From positions 6,600 to 70,599 of the forward strand of contig JARKNV010000063.1 in assembly GCA_029976065.1 (NCBI GenBank): a stretch of DNA of 64,000 bases, in the 5' to 3' direction. Origin of the DNA: Selenomonadales bacterium (lineage in GTDB: Bacteria; Bacillota; Negativicutes; Sporomusales; UBA7701). Made by a program: the position numbers and the translations under genes. How positions within the stretch are numbered: the stretch's first letter is position 1; each line of letters begins with the position of its first letter. Shown here piece after piece: positions 58,705-64,000 of this stretch. The notes under the pieces are model-generated. The model was not told the DNA's origin. It did not search any database and was given only the letters and a program-made list of their open reading frames with translations.

Positions 58705-60045
58705 TTAAGCGACGAACTGGCTGAAGATTAGAAGCGTGATTATACCCACGACCGACGCGATAGTGGTGGAAAGGGTATAAGTTTTGAAAAGATCGCCCAT
58801 CGACATGCCGAAATATTCTTTGACAAACCAAAAACCAGGATCATTGACATGCGATAAGCCAATGGCACCGGTGCCGATCGCCACAGCCACCAGGGCAGGA
58901 TCGAGGCCGGGGTACATCGGCAAAACAGGGGTTACAAGGCCCACGGCCGTGATCATCGCGATCGTGGCGCCGCCGACGGCGAACCGCATAATAGCCGCGA
59001 CCAGCCAGGCCAGCAGCAAGGGGTTTATCGTCCAGGCCATGAGGATGGATTTGATGGCATTGCCGATGCCGCTGTCCATCAGTATTTTGTTGAAGGCGCC
59101 GCTGGCGCCGATGATGAGGAGGATGGCGGCCATCGGCCCGATGGCTACTTCGCTGAGCTTCTGCAGTTTTTCCATATTCATGCCGCGGTTCAGGCCGAGA
59201 GTCCAGTAGGAGAGTATTACCGCCAAGAATAGCGCGGTGACCGGGTCGCCGATGAAATTGATGTATATCATCGCCGGATGGGCTTTACCGAGAATGAATT
59301 CCAGGATGGTCTTGGAAATCATGAGCAACAGCGGAAACAGGATGGTGAAAAGAGTAATGCCGAACGGCGGCAGTTTCTCGTCGGGAGTCGGTTCGGCCTT
59401 GCGGAGGTGCTCGGGCGGATTCAACTCGAATTTGTTGCCGATAAGTTTGCCGAAGATCGGTCCGGCTATAGCGGCGGCGGGCAAGCCGACGATGAGGCCG
59501 TAGAGAATAACCCGGCCGATATCGGCTTTCAGACCGACGGCAACGGCGGTTGCGGCAGGATGGGGCGGGACGATGCAGTGGACGGTCAAGAGGCCGATGA
59601 TCATCGGGACGCCGATCATTACCAGGGACATCCCGGCTTCAATCGCCACGCAGAACAGCAGCGGCATCAGAAGAACAATGCCCACCTGGAAGAATACGGG
59701 GATACCGCAGATATAGCCGACGAACATCATCGCCCAGTGGGTATTGCGTTTGCCTAGGGTGTTGATCATTGTTCTCGCCAGTCTCTCGGCTCCGCCGGAT
59801 ATCTCCATCATCTTGCCGACGATTGCCCCGAGCGCGAGAATTGGCGCCAGCATCCCCAGAAACCCGCCCATCCCGAGTTCTATCGACTTCAGGATTGCGT
59901 CGAATTTCATGCCGGTGGCGAAGCCGATGAACAGGCATGCCGCCAGCAGGGCCACGAATGCGTGTACTTTGAGCCGCACAGTGAGGAAGATAATTAGCGC
60001 GATGGCCAGCAGCAGGACTACCATCATCAACCCAGTCGTACCCAT
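58705..60045 (-). CDS. GntP-family permease (DsdX-like)
   Basis: GIPVFFQVG, VHCIVPPHPA, SHVNDPGFW; start after AAAGGAGG. Confidence 0.92.
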   Translation of the reverse strand: MGTTGLMMVVLLLAIALIIFLTVRLKVHAFVALLAACLFIGFATGMKFDAILKSIELGMGGFLGMLAPILALGAIVGKMMEISGGAERLARTMINTLGKRNTHWAMMFVGYICGIPVFFQVGIVLLMPLLFCVAIEAGMSLVMIGVPMIIGLLTVHCIVPPHPAATAVAVGLKADIGRVILYGLIVGLPAAAIAGPIFGKLIGNKFELNPPEHLRKAEPTPDEKLPPFGITLFTILFPLLLMISKTILEFILGKAHPAMIYINFIGDPVTALFLAVILSYWTLGLNRGMNMEKLQKLSEVAIGPMAAILLIIGASGAFNKILMDSGIGNAIKSILMAWTINPLLLAWLVAAIMRFAVGGATIAMITAVGLVTPVLPMYPGLDPALVAVAIGTGAIGLSHVNDPGFWFVKEYFGMSMGDLFKTYTLSTTIASVVGIITLLIFSQFVA

Positions 60046-60266
60046 TTTTTCTCCTCCTTTTATTTGCTCCTTTGGTCCACTTTTTCGGTTATTTGTACAG
60101 AGAATAACTCTCGCATACAAATTAGACCTTTTCGGCAGCACCCAGCGCTTATATAATAATGATAAGACTTTACGCGCCATGGCGGCAATTGGTCCAAAAA
60201 AAGAAAAATCCCACTTCTCGCAAGGATTTATTGTGTGTTTTATACAAATAGGGGGTTCGCAGAATA

Positions 60267-61442
60267 ATGATTATTCCGGTCGAGCTGGCCCAGAAAATCG
60301 TCGACAGCGCGATGTGCCTGGTCCATCGCAATGTCAACATCATGAACCGGGAAGGCATCATTATCGCCACCGGGCATCCGCACCGCCTGAATACTTTTCA
60401 CAAAGGCGCTCTCGATGTCATCGAGACCGGTTCGGTGATTGAAATTTTCCCCCATGAACTTACCCTCTATCCGGGGGCATTGCAGGGGATCAATCTGCCA
60501 ATCGTGCTCGACGGCCAGGTAGTCGGCGTAGTCGGCGTCTTCGGCAACCCTGACGAGGTGCGCGATACCGGACGCCTGGTAAAGACGATAACCGAGCTGA
60601 TCCTGGAAAGGGATCTGTTGCAGATAGAACTGCGGACAAGGAACCGCCTGCGTGAAGAATTGCTGGAAGCGGCGGTAACCAATCCAGCTTCCGAACAGAA
60701 CCCGAAACTGCGGCGCCTAGCCAAGGCGCTACGGCTGAACCTGGCGCTGCCCAGAATCGTCGTCGTCATCGACATAGCCGCCGCCCAGGCGAGGTTTGCC
60801 TCCGAGTACGGCCTGTCCGAACTGGTCTCCGAACGGGTGGAGGAAAGCATTCTGCAAAATATCGCCGACGGCGGCTTCATGGCCGACGACGATGTGGCCG
60901 CCGTTCTCGAAGAAAAGCTTGTTATCTTAAAAACGCTCCCGGACGGACAGCCGCACGATGAAATAGTCGCCTGGGCCGAGAAGGCCAAAAGGCTGCTCCC
61001 GGCCGGAGGCAACGAACGATATCCCGCCGGAATCGGCGCGGTGGCCAGGACGGCGGCCGAATACAACCCGTCTTTCCGGCAGGCACTCTTTTGCCTTAAA
61101 CACTGTCAGGGCGAAAGGCAAACCCGCTTCATAAAGGAAAAGGACCTGCTTGTGCGGTATGCCTCCCGGGAAGCACTGACGCCGGCTGCTCTGCTGGCCC
61201 TAACCGATATCCGCAGTCATTTCTGCCGGGTGGCGCAAGAAAACCCGGAAATGAAAAACACGCTGGACAGTCTGCTAAATAATAACTTCGATATCAACCT
61301 TGCTGCCGCCCGGCTTCATATCCATCGCAACACGTTATTGTACAGACTGACCCGCATCAACGCCGAAACCGGGCTCGATCCGGCCCACAATACCGACGAC
61401 CTGATCCTGTGCCGTCTCCTGCTCGATGCGAGCGGCGATTAG
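60267..61442 (+). CDS. CdaR/SdaR-family regulator (sugar-diacid recognition domain + PucR HTH)
   Basis: LAQKIVD, NVNIMN..G.IIA.G...R, LHIHRNTLLYRL. Confidence 0.93.
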   Translation: MIIPVELAQKIVDSAMCLVHRNVNIMNREGIIIATGHPHRLNTFHKGALDVIETGSVIEIFPHELTLYPGALQGINLPIVLDGQVVGVVGVFGNPDEVRDTGRLVKTITELILERDLLQIELRTRNRLREELLEAAVTNPASEQNPKLRRLAKALRLNLALPRIVVVIDIAAAQARFASEYGLSELVSERVEESILQNIADGGFMADDDVAAVLEEKLVILKTLPDGQPHDEIVAWAEKAKRLLPAGGNERYPAGIGAVARTAAEYNPSFRQALFCLKHCQGERQTRFIKEKDLLVRYASREALTPAALLALTDIRSHFCRVAQENPEMKNTLDSLLNNNFDINLAAARLHIHRNTLLYRLTRINAETGLDPAHNTDDLILCRLLLDASGD

Positions 61443-61458
61443 TTTGCGGCATATATTT

Positions 61459-61489
61459 AAAAGGCCGGCGCATTGCGCGTCGGCCTTTT
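61459..61489. terminator. Bidirectional terminator
   Basis: AAAAGGCCGGCGC-attgc-GCGTCGGCCTTTT. Confidence 0.75.
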
Positions 61490-61515
61490 GCTATCGCGGG
61501 GTCGCGGGTATAAAC

Positions 61516-61947
61516 TTATTCCTCTCGCCGGACTTGCTGTTCATGGCAGCTCGGGCAGATCATATCGCGGCCCCGCTGCCCGGTGCCGTGCGGCACCGCC
61601 CACTTGTGCCCGCAAGCGCCGCAGACGAAATGCCGCAACTTGTCGTGATTAATGTGCTCCAAGCGGAAAGAGCCGCCTTCGATCGCCAGCGCTTTTCCCT
61701 GCCACAGAGCCGTAGCCATCTTTTGGCGCGCTTTGTTGACGATCCGGTGAAGGGTCGGACGGGAAACGGCCATGTTCTCGGCCGCTTCGTTCATGTCCAT
61801 TTGCTCGCAGTCTACCAGCCTTATGGCTTCCATTTCCTCGAAGGTGATGGAAATTTCGTCCAATTCCCGCATAGGGATGCCGACCGGCTTGAAATGGGTA
61901 ATCGGCGGTAGCTGCTGGATCCTGCGTTCCTTGTGCGGTCGTGCCAT
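61516..61947 (-). CDS. DUF134 HTH protein with C-terminal CxxC..CxxC ribbon
   Basis: MARP.K.R, FKPVG, EEMEAIRL.D, M.VSRPT..R, ARQK.A.AL..GK.L.IEGG, CGAC, CPSC. Confidence 0.92.
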   Translation of the reverse strand: MARPHKERRIQQLPPITHFKPVGIPMRELDEISITFEEMEAIRLVDCEQMDMNEAAENMAVSRPTLHRIVNKARQKMATALWQGKALAIEGGSFRLEHINHDKLRHFVCGACGHKWAVPHGTGQRGRDMICPSCHEQQVRREE

Positions 61948-62164
61948 ATGTCACCTTTATGAAATATATTTCTAAATAAATATTACTTCCCCTGGCCGCC
62001 TTTGTCAATCGCCTCTCGCCAGTTTGCCCCCGCCTGCCGCTTCTATACAACCACAAATTTTGACTTTATCTATTGTCAACGGATAAATGATATTATATAA
62101 TAAAAGCAATCAATCCCCTCCCCCGGGGGAGGGCGCTAAAAGCAAACGCGAAGGAGGAATTCAT

Positions 62165-62683
62165 ATGGCGCAGGATAAGGGCTGGAATCCGTATCTTGCC
62201 GGCGGCCTCAGCGGTATCGTATCTATCCTCTCCGTCTGGATAGCCGGCAAATACCTCGGCGCTTCCACGACCTTCGTCCGCACGAGCGGCATGATCGAAA
62301 AATTCTTCGACCCCGACCGCATAGCCAAGCTGGAATATTTCGTCCGCGAGGCTCCCAAGATCGACTGGCAGTGGGTAATGGTCCTGGGGATAATGATCGG
62401 CGCGTTTATCGCGGCCGCCACCTCCGGCAGCTTCCGTCTCCAGGCGCTGCCCGATATGTGGCGGGATCGCTTCGGCCCCAGCGTCAGCAAGCGGGCGGTG
62501 TACGCCTTCGTCGGCGGCATCATCGCCATGTTCGGCGCCCGGCTGGCCGACGGCTGCCCCAGCGGCCACGGGCTCAGCGGCTCACTCCAGCTGGCCGTCA
62601 GCGGTTACATCGCCCTGGCCTGCTTCTTCATCGGCGGTGTCGTTGCCGCCCGCATCATCTATGGAAGGGGGGACTCACGGTGA
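62165..62683 (+). CDS. YeeE/YedE sulfur-compound transporter half-protein
   Basis: WNPYLAG, LGASTTF, FGARLADGCPSGHG. Confidence 0.9.
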   Translation: MAQDKGWNPYLAGGLSGIVSILSVWIAGKYLGASTTFVRTSGMIEKFFDPDRIAKLEYFVREAPKIDWQWVMVLGIMIGAFIAAATSGSFRLQALPDMWRDRFGPSVSKRAVYAFVGGIIAMFGARLADGCPSGHGLSGSLQLAVSGYIALACFFIGGVVAARIIYGRGDSR

Positions 62684-63249
62684 CCGACCTCGTCTATGGC
62701 CTGGTAACGGGTATCCTGTTCGGCTTCCTTCTGCAGAAGGGCAGGGTGCTCCGCTATGACAAGCAGCTCGGCGCCCTCCGTTTCCAGGACTTCACCATCA
62801 TCAAATTCATGCTGTCCCACATCATCGTCGCCATGGTGGGCGTATACCTGCTCTACGACCTCGGCCTCGTCAAGCTTTCCATAAAAGCCACCGTCCTTGG
62901 CGGCGTGGTCGGCGGCGGACTTATCTTCGGCATCGGCTGGGGCATGCTGGGCTACTGCCCCGGCACCTCGCTCGGCGCCTTGGGCGAAGGACGCTGGGAC
63001 GCCGTATGGGGCATCCTGGGGATGCTGGTGGGCGCCGGGCTGTTCGCGGAGGCATACCCGCTCCTGAAAACCACCGTCCTGACCTGGGGAAATTACGGCA
63101 AAATCACCATTCCCCAGGCCCTCGGCATCAACCATTGGCTGGTGATCATCCCCGTCGTCGCCGCCGTCCTCGCCCTCTTCGCCTGGCTGGAGCGCTACGA
63201 AGCCCGCTCCCGGACGCAGGCAGTCCCGACCAAATCTCTTTCCGGATAA
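62680..63249 (+). CDS. YeeE/YedE family half-protein
   Basis: GTG start overlapping the upstream stop; GILFGFLLQKG, GGLIFGIGWG.LGYCPGT. Confidence 0.9.
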   Translation: MTDLVYGLVTGILFGFLLQKGRVLRYDKQLGALRFQDFTIIKFMLSHIIVAMVGVYLLYDLGLVKLSIKATVLGGVVGGGLIFGIGWGMLGYCPGTSLGALGEGRWDAVWGILGMLVGAGLFAEAYPLLKTTVLTWGNYGKITIPQALGINHWLVIIPVVAAVLALFAWLERYEARSRTQAVPTKSLSG

Positions 63250-63286
63250 GACAAAAAGCGCCGCCGGATTGGCGGCGCTTTTTGTC
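63250..63286. terminator. Bidirectional terminator
   Basis: GACAAAAAGCGCCGCC-ggatt-GGCGGCGCTTTTTGTC. Confidence 0.85.
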
Positions 63287-63302
63287 GCTGTGCGCAGATG
63301 GT

Positions 63303-64000
63303 CTATCCCGCTTTGTCTTGCTTATTTAGCATGATATCGAGGATGATTTTGTCCATCTCGATCGTTCCCTGGTTGCCGATCCGGCAAAGATTGTCGATCG
63401 AATGAACGGGACTGAGCTCGATTATGCCGTCGGTCGGTTTTATCCCGAAGCCTCTTACCGCCAGCAGCGCGGACTGCGCCGCCGCGTTGGTGCAAGTAGC
63501 CACCTTGAGGGCGCAGCCGGGCTTGGCGCCGTCGCACAACATCCCGGTTACATTCCCGAGCATATTCTGGATCGACATCTTAATAACGCCGGCGTCGCCG
63601 CCCAACAGGTATGCGATGCCGCAGGCGGCGCCGGTGCCCGAGACGGTAGCGCCGCAAAGCGCCGACAACCGGCCGAATTTCGCTTTGATAAATATCGCGA
63701 TCAGATGGCTGAGCGTCACGGCCCGCAGAATTTTCTCCGCCGGCGCACCCAACCTCTTGCCCACCGCCAGCACGGGAACCGTCGCCGATATCCCCTGATT
63801 GCCGCTTCCCGAGTTGCTGACAACCGGCAAAGGGCAGCCGGCCATCCGTGCGTCCGCCGCTGCGGCGGTCAACGCCGTGGCATGATTGACGATATCGTCG
63901 CCCAAAATGTTCTGCGCGACGTTGTCCTGAATCATTCTCCCCACCTGCAGCCCGTAAGGGTTGCGCAGTCCTTCGGCGGCAATGGCCCCGTTCAGGTCGA
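63303..64000 (-). CDS. L-cysteine desulfidase family protein (YhaM/CyuA-like), 3' part
   Basis: DARMAG..LPVVSNSGSGNQG, GRLSALCG, GMLCDGAKPGCALK; continues past the window edge. Confidence 0.9.
   Translation of the reverse strand, partial: DLNGAIAAEGLRNPYGLQVGRMIQDNVAQNILGDDIVNHATALTAAAADARMAGCPLPVVSNSGSGNQGISATVPVLAVGKRLGAPAEKILRAVTLSHLIAIFIKAKFGRLSALCGATVSGTGAACGIAYLLGGDAGVIKMSIQNMLGNVTGMLCDGAKPGCALKVATCTNAAAQSALLAVRGFGIKPTDGIIELSPVHSIDNLCRIGNQGTIEMDKIILDIMLNKQDKAG

Overview
High-GC bacterial chromosome segment with about 55 genes. Outer-membrane efflux parts (TolC, RND) occur together with Firmicutes-type regulation (SAM-I riboswitch, GlpP antitermination, BirA boxes), which points to a diderm Firmicute (Negativicutes, probably Sporomusaceae; inference). 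Contents: MCP, bioB, an FRG protein beside a ~180-bp MITE-like element, SAM-controlled metX-metY, a USP-like/GpgS fusion, an MFS-yqeB-xdhC cluster, Pit, two two-component-regulated MacAB-type modules, an RND pump with MarR, glcDF, a GlpP-controlled oxidoreductase locus, a TAXI-TRAP/aminotransferase/BKACE/RpiR cluster and assorted metal, sulfur and stress genes. Best leads: (1) an integrase-less ~5.4-kb cassette (46.3-51.76 kb) bounded by a diverged direct repeat of a membrane-protein gene 3' end, carrying its own two-component system and two near-identical operators but no ATPase or TolC; (2) three related GlpP-type attenuator leaders, one in front of an amine-dehydrogenase-like gene, with no glpK/glpF in the window; (3) a probable beta-amino-acid uptake, transamination and beta-keto-acid cleavage pathway. 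No rRNA, tRNA, CRISPR array, transposase or integrase was seen. All family calls come from reading motifs by eye; no database searches were run.
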